Positions 49,063 to 59,168 are shown, counted from the first letter of the stretch. The stretch is 64,000 bases of DNA from a candidate division Kazan bacterium GW2011_GWA1_50_15 (GCA_001029795.1 CP011216.1:350767-414766); one strand, 5' to 3'. The notes: a model not told the origin generated them from the letters alone. A program made the numbers and translations.

Positions 49063-49585
49063 TTTTGGGCATCTGTCCATCGTAGTTGATCACCCGCACG
49101 TCGAAGCGCGGGGCTTGGACGAGTTCGTCGCGGGCGATCGCCAGCCGGCGTCTGATCTCGTTTTCGGCCATGCCGCGCTTTTCTAGGCGTCTGCGCAAGA
49201 TGTCGAACGCCCCTGGCATAAGAAAAATAACATAGGTACTAGGGTATCGACTCTTCAAAGCGTCCGCGCCAGTTACATCAACCACCCAGAGAGGAGACTG
49301 GCCGGCGGCTAAGATACCATCCACATCCCGGTGCTGACTGCCGTAAAAGTTGCCGGCATACTCAGCCCATTCAAACATTTGGTCTCGGCTAATTAGCGAT
49401 TCAAATTCGGGACGAGAGACAAAGTGGTAGCTCACGCCCTCTACCTCATCGGCACGCGGAGCCCGGGTAGTAGTGGTCACCACTTTCGCGACCGGCAGAC
49501 CCAGGGCCAGCACACCTTTGGTAATAGCCGTCTTCCCCACCGCGGATGGTCCCGTAATAACAAAATATGGTTTAGTGGTGTCCAT
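49013..49585 (-). CDS. gmk: guanylate kinase
   Basis: GPSAVGKT P-loop, TTRAPRADEVEGVSYHFV and YAGNFYGS; the 3' end overlaps the prmC 3' end (convergent). Confidence 0.75.
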   Translation of the reverse strand: MDTTKPYFVITGPSAVGKTAITKGVLALGLPVAKVVTTTTRAPRADEVEGVSYHFVSRPEFESLISRDQMFEWAEYAGNFYGSQHRDVDGILAAGQSPLWVVDVTGADALKSRYPSTYVIFLMPGAFDILRRRLEKRGMAENEIRRRLAIARDELVQAPRFDVRVINYDGQMPKIIDEVAGLIRRRIQAQ

Positions 49586-50252
49586 TGAGGTAGTGAGTTA
49601 GATCGGCCGGCAGCGGCGAAGCGAATGTGCGCCGATGCCCCTGCAGGTCTACAAATGACACTTTATGGGCGTGAAGGAATTGGCGCGGCAGGTCATCTTT
49701 CCGACCATAAGTTTTATCGCCGACTAGTGGGTAGCCCAAGCCGCTAAAATGGACCCTGATCTGATGCGTACGACCGGTAGCGGGCAGCGCGCGAACGTAG
49801 GTCAACCCAGGCAGATAGCGAATCACTTCATAGCGAGTCTCGGCGACTTTCCCTGAGCTGGATGGAGAGACCCGAGTGCGATGAACTAGGTCACGGCCCA
49901 GCGGGATCTGGATCACCCCTCGCTTTGGCGTGAGCCGACCGTGTAGCAGAGCCAGATACTCTTTGTGGATTTGGCGCAGACGAAATAGATTTCTAAGATA
50001 AGTAAAACTGTCTCGGGTCTTAGCTACCAGCAAGACCCCCGACGTGTCTTTGTCGAGACGGTGGACTAGACCGTAGTGCTCCGTCTTTAGGGGAGATCTG
50101 GGAAGATGTTTGGCGAGCCAGTCGGTTAGAGTAGCTTCGGTCTGGCCGCTGCCTTCGTGGACTGACAGTCCAGCCGGTTTATCAACAACCAACATCTGTT
50201 CGTCCTCGTAAATAATATTGGGCTGTTTCATGGATGCCGCCACATCAACCAA
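49572..50252 (-). CDS. RluA-family pseudouridine synthase
   Basis: HRLDKDTSGVLLVAK catalytic-Asp motif; 226 aa. Confidence 0.8.
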   Translation of the reverse strand: MVDVAASMKQPNIIYEDEQMLVVDKPAGLSVHEGSGQTEATLTDWLAKHLPRSPLKTEHYGLVHRLDKDTSGVLLVAKTRDSFTYLRNLFRLRQIHKEYLALLHGRLTPKRGVIQIPLGRDLVHRTRVSPSSSGKVAETRYEVIRYLPGLTYVRALPATGRTHQIRVHFSGLGYPLVGDKTYGRKDDLPRQFLHAHKVSFVDLQGHRRTFASPLPADLTHYLNGHH

Positions 50253-50632
50253 AGAGCGTACACTATACCGATAAATATAAGTAGGTCAGCTGCGTTGGCC
50301 GTGCTGATATGCCAGATATTAATATAGTCAGCCACTGCGCCGTTGAACTGGAACCGCTCCCAAAGATTACTGGCACCCCCGCCAAAGATCAGCCCGCACG
50401 CCGTTGCCCAGGCTGGCCCAAGTTGGCGATAACGATAGAACCAGACGGTCACCAGCACTAAAAATCCGCCCGATACAAGTATCGCGCCAACCCCCGGCAG
50501 AACCCAACTAAATGCGATGCCCGGATTATAAATAATCTGACCTTGCCAAAACCAGCGGGCCATCTGCGCCACGCCAAAGACTATCGCTGCGGTTACCCAG
50601 AACTGACTAACTAGGTGTGGTCTTCCGTGCAT
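50228..50632 (-). CDS. lspA: lipoprotein signal peptidase II (short form)
   Basis: 4 TM helices and GGGASNLWERF ... AVADYINIW, matching the LspA GGALGN..DR..VVDF motifs. Confidence 0.65.
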   Translation of the reverse strand: MHGRPHLVSQFWVTAAIVFGVAQMARWFWQGQIIYNPGIAFSWVLPGVGAILVSGGFLVLVTVWFYRYRQLGPAWATACGLIFGGGASNLWERFQFNGAVADYINIWHISTANAADLLIFIGIVYALWLMWRHP

Positions 50633-50985
50633 GTCCTGGCGGCTGGATAAACTTTCAGACGCTCCTCATTGATCCAATCCCCAGTCGTTTCGCACCGTCC
50701 GTAGGCCCCCTCGTCGATTTTTTTGAGGGCCACGGTTACCTCCGCTAGTGACTTTTCTAGATCGGACACCTGCGCCTCACGTTCTTGGAAAACTTCGGAC
50801 TCGCCACTGTTGTCAGCCGAGTCTTCGACCGTACCAGAATCATAATCCGGCTGCAGAGCGATGTAGGTGCCGGAGGCCTCGTCGTAACGAGAAATCTGAC
50901 CTAACTGCTCTTCGAGAGATGCCTTCTGCTGCAACAGAATCTTCTGCTGTTCATCCAAAAATGCTTGGGAATAACGCGAATGCAT
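50611..50985 (-). CDS. DksA/TraR-family protein
   Basis: Coiled-coil N-terminus and a C-terminal GRCETTG ... ARTCTEDH zinc-finger remnant. Confidence 0.5.
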   Translation of the reverse strand: MHSRYSQAFLDEQQKILLQQKASLEEQLGQISRYDEASGTYIALQPDYDSGTVEDSADNSGESEVFQEREAQVSDLEKSLAEVTVALKKIDEGAYGRCETTGDWINEERLKVYPAARTCTEDHT

Positions 50986-51008
50986 AAGTATACTCCTTGA
51001 TTAAACCG

Positions 51009-52022
51009 TTACCTCGCCCCTAGTAATTTTACCACGCTGACGAGTTTGTCCTTAGTCCCCAGTAGGATGAGCCGGTCGCCTGCCTCGACTACCGCGTCGC
51101 CGATCGGATTGATCAGCGCGGTACCGTCTGGTTTGTGGATGGCCAACACCGACACTCCATAGACACGATTAGAGAGTTTGCTCGCTATACTGTGACCAGC
51201 CGCGGGCGAGGTGTTAGCTACGATCACGTCATCGATCTGTACTTCGCGGTTGCCTAGATCTTGCACGTCATCCAAAAAGTCAGCTACTTCTGGGTTTAAA
51301 GCAAAGCTGGCCATCCGGAAACCTCCGATCTGATGAGGCGAGACAACTCGGTTGGCCCCGACTTGGGCTAGTTTGGCAGCGGTGTTATCTCGGTTAGCCC
51401 GAGCGACGATGAACAGATCATTATTCAGACCTCGAGCGGTGATGATAGCCAGCACGGTATCACTGTCCCTACCCAGGCAAATAATCAGCCCTCGGGCGTT
51501 CATCACCCCGGCTCTTTTGAGCGTAACTTCGTCCGTAGCGTCCCCGGCGATACACAGAAATCCCTCCCTCTCACATTCGTCGACCAGGGCTGGTTCACGT
51601 TCGATCACCACAAAATCGACCGGCTCCTTGGTCAGCTCGTGAGCCACCTGGCTGCCCACCCGGCCAAAACCGCAGATGATAAAGTGACCCGATAACGCTT
51701 TAAGACTCTTTTCCATTTTCTTTGATTTCAGATGCTCTTCTAGTTTATCTTCTATTAGATATTCCCCCAATAGACGCACCACATAGTAGATGGTGACTAA
51801 CCCGAAAATGATCAATAGGATAGTAAAAACTTCGCCAGCCGGGCTCAGTGGATGGACCTCCTTGAACCCAACCGTAGCCAGCGTGATCACCACCATGTAG
51901 ATAGCATCAAGTAAACTCCACCCCTCGATGAACATGTAGCCGATCGTACCGACCACTACCAGGGTGGCGATCAGAAACAATAGCCCCCAAAAATTTACTT
52001 GTCGTGATTTATCCGTCATCAC
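51009..52022 (-). CDS. two-TM potassium channel with RCK (TrkA-N/TrkA-C) domains
   Basis: Two N-terminal TM helices with TLATVGF pore-like signature, Rossmann GFGRVGSQVAHEL, and a C-terminal TrkA-C-like domain. Confidence 0.65.
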   Translation of the reverse strand: MMTDKSRQVNFWGLLFLIATLVVVGTIGYMFIEGWSLLDAIYMVVITLATVGFKEVHPLSPAGEVFTILLIIFGLVTIYYVVRLLGEYLIEDKLEEHLKSKKMEKSLKALSGHFIICGFGRVGSQVAHELTKEPVDFVVIEREPALVDECEREGFLCIAGDATDEVTLKRAGVMNARGLIICLGRDSDTVLAIITARGLNNDLFIVARANRDNTAAKLAQVGANRVVSPHQIGGFRMASFALNPEVADFLDDVQDLGNREVQIDDVIVANTSPAAGHSIASKLSNRVYGVSVLAIHKPDGTALINPIGDAVVEAGDRLILLGTKDKLVSVVKLLGAR

Positions 52023-52023
52023 T

Positions 52024-52434
52024 CTAAGTAAAGCGTAATAAGTTAGTTACTACAATCACCACGACTACAATCCAGAGAAGGATATACAGCCCCCAACCAC
52101 CCAGCCATAAACTATTGGCTAGCGGCAGGAACCGCCATTTTTTAAATCGGGGTATCCACCAACTCAGCAGCAGGTACACCGTGATCCCGATCGAAACTAA
52201 CATTATCAGCCATGCCCAGAGCGATGGCCGGTTGGCAATGATCTGTTGCGCGAACTGATCGGGGTTGTCCGACAGGATAGGACTCGTGAGCGCTAGTCTA
52301 GCCGCCGCGTAAGCTTGGTACATCTGCCAACCATTCCAGACGAACAGCAGCAATAGAACTGAGTTGCCTACCATAAACCAGCCTCGAGCCCGCGGCGAGA
52401 TCGGTCGCTCCCCCAACTGCGGCTTAGTCGTCAT
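52024..52434 (-). CDS. membrane protein (hypothetical)
   Basis: 136 aa with 4 hydrophobic helices. Confidence 0.35.
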   Translation of the reverse strand: MTTKPQLGERPISPRARGWFMVGNSVLLLLFVWNGWQMYQAYAAARLALTSPILSDNPDQFAQQIIANRPSLWAWLIMLVSIGITVYLLLSWWIPRFKKWRFLPLANSLWLGGWGLYILLWIVVVVIVVTNLLRFT

Positions 52435-53410
52435 GATGCGATACCAACTCCTTGTGGCCTGTCTGATGCAGGGCTAACGAATCCCCCCGCACTTTGCTCA
52501 CGATTTGCTTATATTCGTTATAGGCATTTTGGATCATCACATTACCCTTAGCCACTTTATTGTCGAGGATCTCATCCATTTTAGATAGAGAGTGACCCAA
52601 CTCGACCAAGAAGGCCTTGACTCGCTCCTCGTCCAGATGCACGGCATGCTTGCGATGCAGGTCCAGGAAGGTTAGTAAATAAGGTACCGTCATCCCGTAG
52701 GGGATGATGATGACATGATGGTCGCGGTAGGCTCGCATAATGGAATCCTTCAGCAGATAGTGAAGCGAGTCGGGTACCGCCATGATCGCCCACTCGTAGG
52801 TGGCTGGCGGGGAGATGTATTCACTCACCTCCCGAGCTTGACGCAAAACTAACTGTTCGATCTTGGGAATGATACGCAATTTAGCCGCTTCGTCCTCGGA
52901 CTGATCCAGGGCCGCCAATTCGTCCACAGCCAGGATCTTGGAGTCGATCGGAACGATCCGCCCATCCGGCAGCTTGAGACCGAACTCGACTACCTTAGAG
53001 CCAACCTTGGCGTTGTAGGCCATAGCATCCTGGGGAAAGATCTTGAGAATCTCGCGAATGATGTTCTCCCCCGCCATCCCCTTGGTCTTGGACCCGCGCA
53101 TCACGCTTTCGACGTTCCTGATAATAGTAGTGATATTGCGCTGATGTTCCTGGTCTCGCTTCTCGCGCTCTTGCGACTCAGTAAAAAGATTTTTTAAACT
53201 ATCCGAAGTGCCTCGCAGTTCGGCTTTCAGGTCGCGTTGGACTTCTTGGGTAGCCCGCTGTTCGGCTTGTACTTTCTGTACAGCTTGAGCAATGATATCC
53301 ACGGTTTTGCCCATACCGGCGTCGGTGGTGGTGGGCTTACGGATAAGCAATATCATCAAGGCGATAGTCAGAGCTACCCCTAAGACTGCGATAATAATCA
53401 GTTCAAGCAT
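52424..53410 (-). CDS. RmuC-like DNA recombination protein
   Basis: N-terminal TM helix, a long coiled coil and a C-terminal alpha/beta domain; the architecture fits RmuC but no motif-level proof. Confidence 0.4.
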   Translation of the reverse strand: MLELIIIAVLGVALTIALMILLIRKPTTTDAGMGKTVDIIAQAVQKVQAEQRATQEVQRDLKAELRGTSDSLKNLFTESQEREKRDQEHQRNITTIIRNVESVMRGSKTKGMAGENIIREILKIFPQDAMAYNAKVGSKVVEFGLKLPDGRIVPIDSKILAVDELAALDQSEDEAAKLRIIPKIEQLVLRQAREVSEYISPPATYEWAIMAVPDSLHYLLKDSIMRAYRDHHVIIIPYGMTVPYLLTFLDLHRKHAVHLDEERVKAFLVELGHSLSKMDEILDNKVAKGNVMIQNAYNEYKQIVSKVRGDSLALHQTGHKELVSHHDD

Positions 53411-54266
53411 GGGTTTTGCGGTTAAGCCAATATGCCCCGATCAATACTATTGCTAAACTTGCCCACTGGGCGATAGTGAGAAACCCCAGCGTGTCGCTAT
53501 CGACCCGGAAAAACTCCACTCCAAATCTAACGCTACTATATAGTACCAGATACCAAGCCAAGCGCCGCCCGGACTGGCCCGGGTTAACATCTACCCTCAG
53601 TATCAGAGTGAGTACCAGTAGGTTAAGTAGCGATTCGTAGAGAAAAGTTGGGTGGTAGTACGGTTCCTGCAGAAACTGCAATGGCCGATAGCCCGGCGCG
53701 ACGAACATCTTCCACGGCAACTCGGTCGGGCCACCGAAGGCTTCTTGATTAAAGAAGTTGCCCCAGCGGCCGATCGCTTGTCCCAGCGCCACACCCGGCA
53801 CCGCCAGATCGGCCAGGTGCCAAAAATTTAGTTTATGGTTTTTAGCGTACCACCACAGCCCAATGGCTCCGCCGAGGATGGCGCCGTGGATACTCAAACC
53901 CCCTCTCCCGATCAGCAATATCTCGATCGGGTCAGCGAGGTACAGCGGTAATTTTAGAACTACGAACAGTAACCTAGCCCCCAACAACCCACCGATCAGC
54001 ATCCAGATGATCATATCGAGCGCCTGATCTTGGGTAATACTCCATCGGCTACTCAGCCGCGCCATTAGCCAACTGCCAGCCGCTATCCCGCTAGCCAGCA
54101 GCAGCCCGTACCAATGTATCGTGATCGCCCCCGCCTGCCACAGTACGGAACTAATCGGCTTGGCCCCCTGCCAGTACGGTTGTAACAGATACCAGCCCAA
54201 AAAAACAATTACCGCTACCAGAGCCGATTTTACCAATAAACGAGGCCAAGTGGTCTTGTTTTTCAT
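53403..54266 (-). CDS. lgt: prolipoprotein diacylglyceryl transferase
   Basis: HWYGLLLASGIAAG, GRWGNFFNQE (Lgt signature GRxGNFxNxE) and 7 TM helices. Confidence 0.8.
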   Translation of the reverse strand: MKNKTTWPRLLVKSALVAVIVFLGWYLLQPYWQGAKPISSVLWQAGAITIHWYGLLLASGIAAGSWLMARLSSRWSITQDQALDMIIWMLIGGLLGARLLFVVLKLPLYLADPIEILLIGRGGLSIHGAILGGAIGLWWYAKNHKLNFWHLADLAVPGVALGQAIGRWGNFFNQEAFGGPTELPWKMFVAPGYRPLQFLQEPYYHPTFLYESLLNLLVLTLILRVDVNPGQSGRRLAWYLVLYSSVRFGVEFFRVDSDTLGFLTIAQWASLAIVLIGAYWLNRKTHA

Positions 54267-54409
54267 GCGCTCTCATTTTATCATAGGGCGTTAAGGGGGA
54301 TGGTGACTGGGGGCTGCTGGATAGAAGTGATTTAGACGCGCGGAGATAGTTTGTCATTTCTTGGACACCCCCTATATAATGAGAGTGATTTAGCAAAACA
54401 AACTGCCTG

Positions 54410-56746
54410 ATGGCGAATTCAACCATTGCCCCAGAAATTAGCAAGCGGCTAGCCACCCGCGTCGGCAAGGTTTTGTCCCACGACAAGGCCAAGGGTGGAT
54501 TTTCGACTTGCCTTGTCTATGAATCGGATGACGTGGCGCAGAAGACACACGGCGCGCTGTATTTTGTGGTAGATATCGGCAGCCCATCGCCGCTCTCCCC
54601 CGACATCGCCTACAACTTGATCGATATTATCAAGGAAGAGTACTACAGCGAATTAGAGCTAACGGCGGGAGAGAGTTTTGAAAACGCTCTCAAAGCCGCC
54701 AATGAAGAGTTGGCCGCTATCGCCAAGGAGGGCGAGAAGGATTGGATCGGAAAATTGAATGTAATAGTGGCGGCGGTCGCGGGACCGGAGCTGCATGTTG
54801 TTCAGCGCGGCACGGCTGAGGCCCACCTTTTGCGCGGTAACAACATGATGAATTTGTCGAAGGGCATGTACACGCCGGGTGAGGCCTATCGCCCCGAGGA
54901 GACTTTGGTGAATCTGATCGAAGGCGAGTTAGAGGTGAACGACAAGCTGATCGTGAGTACCTCGGAACTGTTTTACTATATTTCGATCGAGAAACTGCGC
55001 CGGATGATGGACGGTCAGACCCCCGCCCAAGCGGCTAAACGACTGGCTGGGGCGTTAGAACAAGAGGACGAAATCCATCGGACTAGTGTTTTGATAGTCG
55101 AGTTCGCTACACCGGAGTTATTAGCTCAAGAAGAAGAGACCGCCCCAGCCGAGAACTGGATCGGCGAGCCCCAGGAAGCGCCACGCCGGACAAAGAAGTT
55201 AAGTTTCTTGAAAAAGGGTCCCACACCGGTAGTTGAAGACCAGACCCAAACGGTGGAGGAGGCAATGGAATCAGCCGAAACCGAGCTGGCCGAGCTCCCA
55301 ACAGCAGTCACCCCTCCCGAAGTTCAACCCATCATGGAGCGTGAGGCAGAAGTGATCGACGAAGCCAAAGAAAGACCGCTGCCGCCAAGTCGGATCATGC
55401 GGCCAAGTTTGGGTCAGATCAAACCGGCTATTAATATCAGCGACTATCAGAAAAAACTCAGACTGGACGGCAATCAACTCAAGAGCGCTGGTTCGATCCT
55501 CTGGAGGATCGCCCGGGTAGTTGGCCTGTTTGTTGTGGCGGCGGTTGATATTGTGGTGACAGTGGTAGGCAACGCCGTCCGCAATATCAAGAAGCGGCCT
55601 GGGGGTAACCGCATCTTGTTAGGGATAGTGGCTGTGCTGGTGCTTGCCGTCGTGGCTTCGACCCTGGCTTTCGCCGGCGGTCAGAGCAACCGGGTTGGTT
55701 CCAAGAAAGCCACCACCGCTCTGGCTGAGGCACAGCAGAAACGGGACGCAGCCCAAGCTGCATTGATATATGAGGATACGGCGAAAGCTCGAGAGCTATT
55801 AGCCGAAGCTTACGCCGCGGCTGAATCCGCTACCCACAACAAGCGGACCCAGACCGAGGCAACCGCACTATTGGTTGACTTGCAAAAACAGTTAGACGAT
55901 GTCAGCAATGTCAAACGCTTCACTGACGTCCAACCCGTAGCCGACTTTGGCATCCTGCAGCCGCAGTTGGCGACCAGCAACGGCGCGGAGGCGCAAATCA
56001 AGTTAGGTAATCTGGCGGTAGTGGGTGGGAACGTCTATACCGCTGACCCAGACAATAACAAGATCTATAAATACAAAGCCAATAGCGGAGAGGTAGCTAT
56101 TGTCAACTCTCTAGTCTCGACCGATAAAAAGTTCAAGCTCGGCGCAGCGGTCAGTGAAACCGACCTAATGTTCTACACTACCCCGCCACAGGTCTACACT
56201 CTGAATCTCGATAGCAATAGCCTAACCGTCAAAGCATTGGATGCTGGCAACTGGAATAACGCCGAAGCCATTATCCCCTACACCGACCGGCTATACTTCT
56301 TAGACGCGGCCAACAATCAAATTTGGAAGTATAAGACAGTACCTGAAGGCTACACCCAGATTGCGCCTTTCTTTGAGAACAATGTCGGCATTGATATCAA
56401 GGGCGCGGTAAGCTTCGGCATCGATGGCAACGTGTTCGTCCTGATATCGGGCGGGGCGATCAAGAAGTTCAGTGGTGGTGGCGAGGCGCCTTTTCAGCTT
56501 GGGGCTCTACCTAGCGTCTATCCTATTCTTGGTACCATTACCGACCTCTACACCTCCGCTGATACTTATCTCTATCTGTTAGATACTGCCAACCATCGGG
56601 TGGTGGTCTACGACAACGAGGGAGCCTACATCGCTCAATACTTCTACGACAACATCGATAACCCCACTGACTTGGTGGTGGATCAGGCCAACGGATTTAT
56701 CTATCTAGCAGCGGGGACCAAGGTTTACCGGTTGCCGATAAAATAA
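54410..56746 (+). CDS. membrane protein with an N-terminal cytoplasmic domain, TM helix and C-terminal NHL/YVTN-type beta-propeller
   Basis: 778 aa with central TM VVGLFVVAAVDIVVTVVG and C-terminal repeats YTADPDNNKIYKY / LDAANNQIWKY / LLDTANHRVVVYD. Confidence 0.45.
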   Translation: MANSTIAPEISKRLATRVGKVLSHDKAKGGFSTCLVYESDDVAQKTHGALYFVVDIGSPSPLSPDIAYNLIDIIKEEYYSELELTAGESFENALKAANEELAAIAKEGEKDWIGKLNVIVAAVAGPELHVVQRGTAEAHLLRGNNMMNLSKGMYTPGEAYRPEETLVNLIEGELEVNDKLIVSTSELFYYISIEKLRRMMDGQTPAQAAKRLAGALEQEDEIHRTSVLIVEFATPELLAQEEETAPAENWIGEPQEAPRRTKKLSFLKKGPTPVVEDQTQTVEEAMESAETELAELPTAVTPPEVQPIMEREAEVIDEAKERPLPPSRIMRPSLGQIKPAINISDYQKKLRLDGNQLKSAGSILWRIARVVGLFVVAAVDIVVTVVGNAVRNIKKRPGGNRILLGIVAVLVLAVVASTLAFAGGQSNRVGSKKATTALAEAQQKRDAAQAALIYEDTAKARELLAEAYAAAESATHNKRTQTEATALLVDLQKQLDDVSNVKRFTDVQPVADFGILQPQLATSNGAEAQIKLGNLAVVGGNVYTADPDNNKIYKYKANSGEVAIVNSLVSTDKKFKLGAAVSETDLMFYTTPPQVYTLNLDSNSLTVKALDAGNWNNAEAIIPYTDRLYFLDAANNQIWKYKTVPEGYTQIAPFFENNVGIDIKGAVSFGIDGNVFVLISGGAIKKFSGGGEAPFQLGALPSVYPILGTITDLYTSADTYLYLLDTANHRVVVYDNEGAYIAQYFYDNIDNPTDLVVDQANGFIYLAAGTKVYRLPIK

Positions 56747-56908
56747 TCCCTGAGGAAGGCACGAGGTGTGTTCCTCCCTCAACGGGCAGTGGGCAAAGCC
56801 CAGTTCCGGCAAGCCGGAACCAAGCTCCCCTGCTCTCACCTCCACCCATATAAGAGATACCGTCATTCTGAACTTGTTTCAGAATCTGTTCGTGTATAGG
56901 ATGGGACT

Positions 56909-57349
56909 ATGTCGACCCTTAATCGTCAGGCGCGGTTTGATTACACTATCCTTGAAACCCTCGAGGCCGGTTTGGTGTTGACCGGGGCCGAGGTGAAAAG
57001 TATCCGGGCCGGGCAGGTCAGCTTGCAGGATGCTTTTGTGAAAGTGCGTGATGGTGAGGCGTGGCTGATGAACTGCCATATCGCTCCCTATTCCCAAGCG
57101 GCCGACCAAACTTACGAGCCGACCCGGGCACGGAAACTTTTGTTATCCAAAAAAGAGATTACCTCGCTGGGCCATAAATTGGCGACCGAAGGGCTGGCCT
57201 TGGTGCCGCTAAAAATTTACTTCACCCGCAACCGGGCCAAAGTTGAACTGGGACTTGGGCGAGGTAAAAAGAAATACGATAAACGGGAGAGTATCAAAAA
57301 GCGGGAGACGGAAAGAGAGACCCGCCGGAAAATCGGAAAAAAGATATAA
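56909..57349 (+). CDS. smpB: SsrA-binding protein
   Basis: ARFDYTILETLEAGLVLTGAEVKSIRAG ... basic C-terminal tail; 146 aa. Confidence 0.85.
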   Translation: MSTLNRQARFDYTILETLEAGLVLTGAEVKSIRAGQVSLQDAFVKVRDGEAWLMNCHIAPYSQAADQTYEPTRARKLLLSKKEITSLGHKLATEGLALVPLKIYFTRNRAKVELGLGRGKKKYDKRESIKKRETERETRRKIGKKI

Positions 57350-57350
57350 G

Positions 57351-57381
57351 AAAAAGCCGCCCTTGTGAGGGCGGCTTTAGT
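57351..57381. terminator. bidirectional terminator
   Basis: AAAAAGCCGCCC-ttgtga-GGGCGGCTTT. Confidence 0.6.
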
Positions 57382-57392
57382 AGTCCGAAAGG

Positions 57393-58154
57393 TCATGCGG
57401 TACTCGCCCGAAAGGCGGCTTTGAGCTTCCGGTAAAACTCACTTTTGCCGCGATCGACTTGATAGAGAGTTACCGTTTTGCCGTCAGGCATCGACTTGGC
57501 CTTGGTCTCGATCACTGCGTCTGGTTCGGGCCAAGCTCCGAGTGTGTCCTCCAGAGCAATGTGATAGTAACGGATCGGTTTGTCACTAGCGAATACCGGG
57601 GACAAGTCCACTGGCGGAACAGCTGGTTTAGCCCGGTCATAGGACGGGAAGCCGTGGGCAATCAAGGTCTTGAGGTTGCCTTGGTCATCAAGGCTAAGAA
57701 ATACATACTGAAAGTAATTGGTGTCGTATGTCCCGCGATGCTGCTTGCGCTCCATCGGATCCGATGGTAGTGGAAAGAGATCTACTCTCATCCACATCTC
57801 TCCGTTCTGGTCTAAATCCAGCGATACACCCTTGAGTTGCAACGGCCACGAAGGGTCTGGAGTTAGGATGGGAAGACGCTCGGTGTGCCCATCCGCCCAT
57901 GTGGCCGTACTGTATCGAAGCGCAGAACCCAAGGCACTTTGGTAAGTCGCGACTGTCTGTGCGCGGTAAGCAGCATAATCAGCATTGAGTTGCCAGACCA
58001 CCCATCCGAGCACCAATACGAGCGCCAGGATGAGGACCTGTCCCAAGTCAATCGTCCAAAAACTTCTTTTCAATGAACTCACTCCTCTGGCCAAAGTATT
58101 GGCGTCTCCAATATAGCAAACCGGATGAGGGGGGTCAATCGGTGCCCAGAACAA
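57393..58154 (-). CDS. hypothetical membrane-anchored secreted protein
   Basis: 253-aa ORF with a TM anchor (VLILALVLVLGWVVW); start uncertain. Confidence 0.35.
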   Translation of the reverse strand: MFWAPIDPPHPVCYIGDANTLARGVSSLKRSFWTIDLGQVLILALVLVLGWVVWQLNADYAAYRAQTVATYQSALGSALRYSTATWADGHTERLPILTPDPSWPLQLKGVSLDLDQNGEMWMRVDLFPLPSDPMERKQHRGTYDTNYFQYVFLSLDDQGNLKTLIAHGFPSYDRAKPAVPPVDLSPVFASDKPIRYYHIALEDTLGAWPEPDAVIETKAKSMPDGKTVTLYQVDRGKSEFYRKLKAAFRASTA

Positions 58155-58184
58155 GAAAAAGCCGCCCTTAACGGGCGGCTTTGT
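58155..58184 (-). terminator. rho-independent terminator (near-duplicate of 57351 hairpin)
   Basis: AAAAAGCCGCCC-ttaac-GGGCGGCTTTGTG. Confidence 0.55.
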
Positions 58185-58214
58185 GCGATGGCCACTGGGA
58201 TTGGGGCAGTGGGG

Positions 58215-58592
58215 CTACTGGCTGAGTAGCACTACAGCCTTCTGAGCTCGGTCCTGAGCATCAGACAGCTTGCGTTTGGTCTCCGCTAACTCTTCCGCGA
58301 GTTTGATAACCCCGGGGTCCACCTGCTTGAGCTTCTGTTCGGCGGTATATGCCCGACTCGCCAGATCCCGGATCCGCCGCTCCACGATAATCGCTAAATC
58401 ACGATTACCGCCGAGGCGGTGGCCGTCCTCTGGGTTGTTAGAGCACTCGCCACCGGGGTCGAGCCCGGGCGGGCCACCGGAACGGGCTGGGCCCATCCAA
58501 CAGCCGCACCCATGTTCGCAGTTGGATGTTCCGTCATGACCAGCGTACTTATGACCTCCATACCTCTTGTTAGGGTCATCTCCGTTGGGCAT
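58215..58592 (-). CDS. hypothetical protein with Cys/His/Gly-rich N-terminus and coiled-coil C-terminus
   Basis: 125-aa ORF. Confidence 0.3.
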   Translation of the reverse strand: MPNGDDPNKRYGGHKYAGHDGTSNCEHGCGCWMGPARSGGPPGLDPGGECSNNPEDGHRLGGNRDLAIIVERRIRDLASRAYTAEQKLKQVDPGVIKLAEELAETKRKLSDAQDRAQKAVVLLSQ

Positions 58593-58652
58593 AGTGTAAC
58601 CCTCCTTGTAAATGAACTTCTCGGGTACCCCCGAGATGCCATCATTGTAGCA

Positions 58653-58681
58653 TTGACACCTCCACTGTCAAGTTATATGCT
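58653..58681 (+). promoter_or_regulatory. sigma70-like promoter upstream of tmRNA
   Basis: TTGACA followed 15-17 nt later by TTATAT/TATGCT. Confidence 0.4.
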
Positions 58682-58697
58682 CCCAGTGCAAAATATG

Positions 58698-59069
58698 GGG
58701 CTGTCTAGCTTTCGACAGCGAACCTTGATAGCTGTTGGTCGCATACCGTTGCTGGTACCGTAACGCAAAATCGTACCAAACTACAAATGCCAACAAAGCA
58801 TTTAGCGGAAGCTCTGCTTTCGCGCCAGCGCTAGCCTAATTGCCAGCGCCATCGTTCCCGTCTCTGCTCGGATGGGCGGAATAACGGTGTCATATTATTC
58901 GAGCCGCTTTCCGGCAGGCCATTTGCCGGGACTAAGACCATAGTGGCTTAAGTTATTATCGCTTTGTCGGTTTGAGGATAATAACGGATACCCAACAAAC
59001 CGGCTATGTATGTAGAAGCCGACAGTTATCGTTCGCTGGACGGGGGTGCGAATCCCCCCAGCTCCACCA
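58698..59069 (+). ncRNA. ssrA: tmRNA (SsrA)
   Basis: 5' GGGGCTG pairs with 3' CAGCTCC-A-CCA. The 3' tRNA-like T-arm is GGACGGGGGTGCGAATCCCCC. The candidate tag ORF GCC AAC AAA GCA TTT AGC GGA AGC TCT GCT TTC GCG CCA GCG CTA GCC TAA reads ANKAFSGSSAFAPALA*. smpB lies 1.3 kb upstream. Confidence 0.7.
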
Positions 59070-59168
59070 GTAAAACTCTGTCCCAGAGCGGCTTTTCGGT
59101 TGACAAAAGGGATCAATTGACTTACCATCAACCAGTACCTTTCTATCTCATCCAGGAGGTGAACCAAG

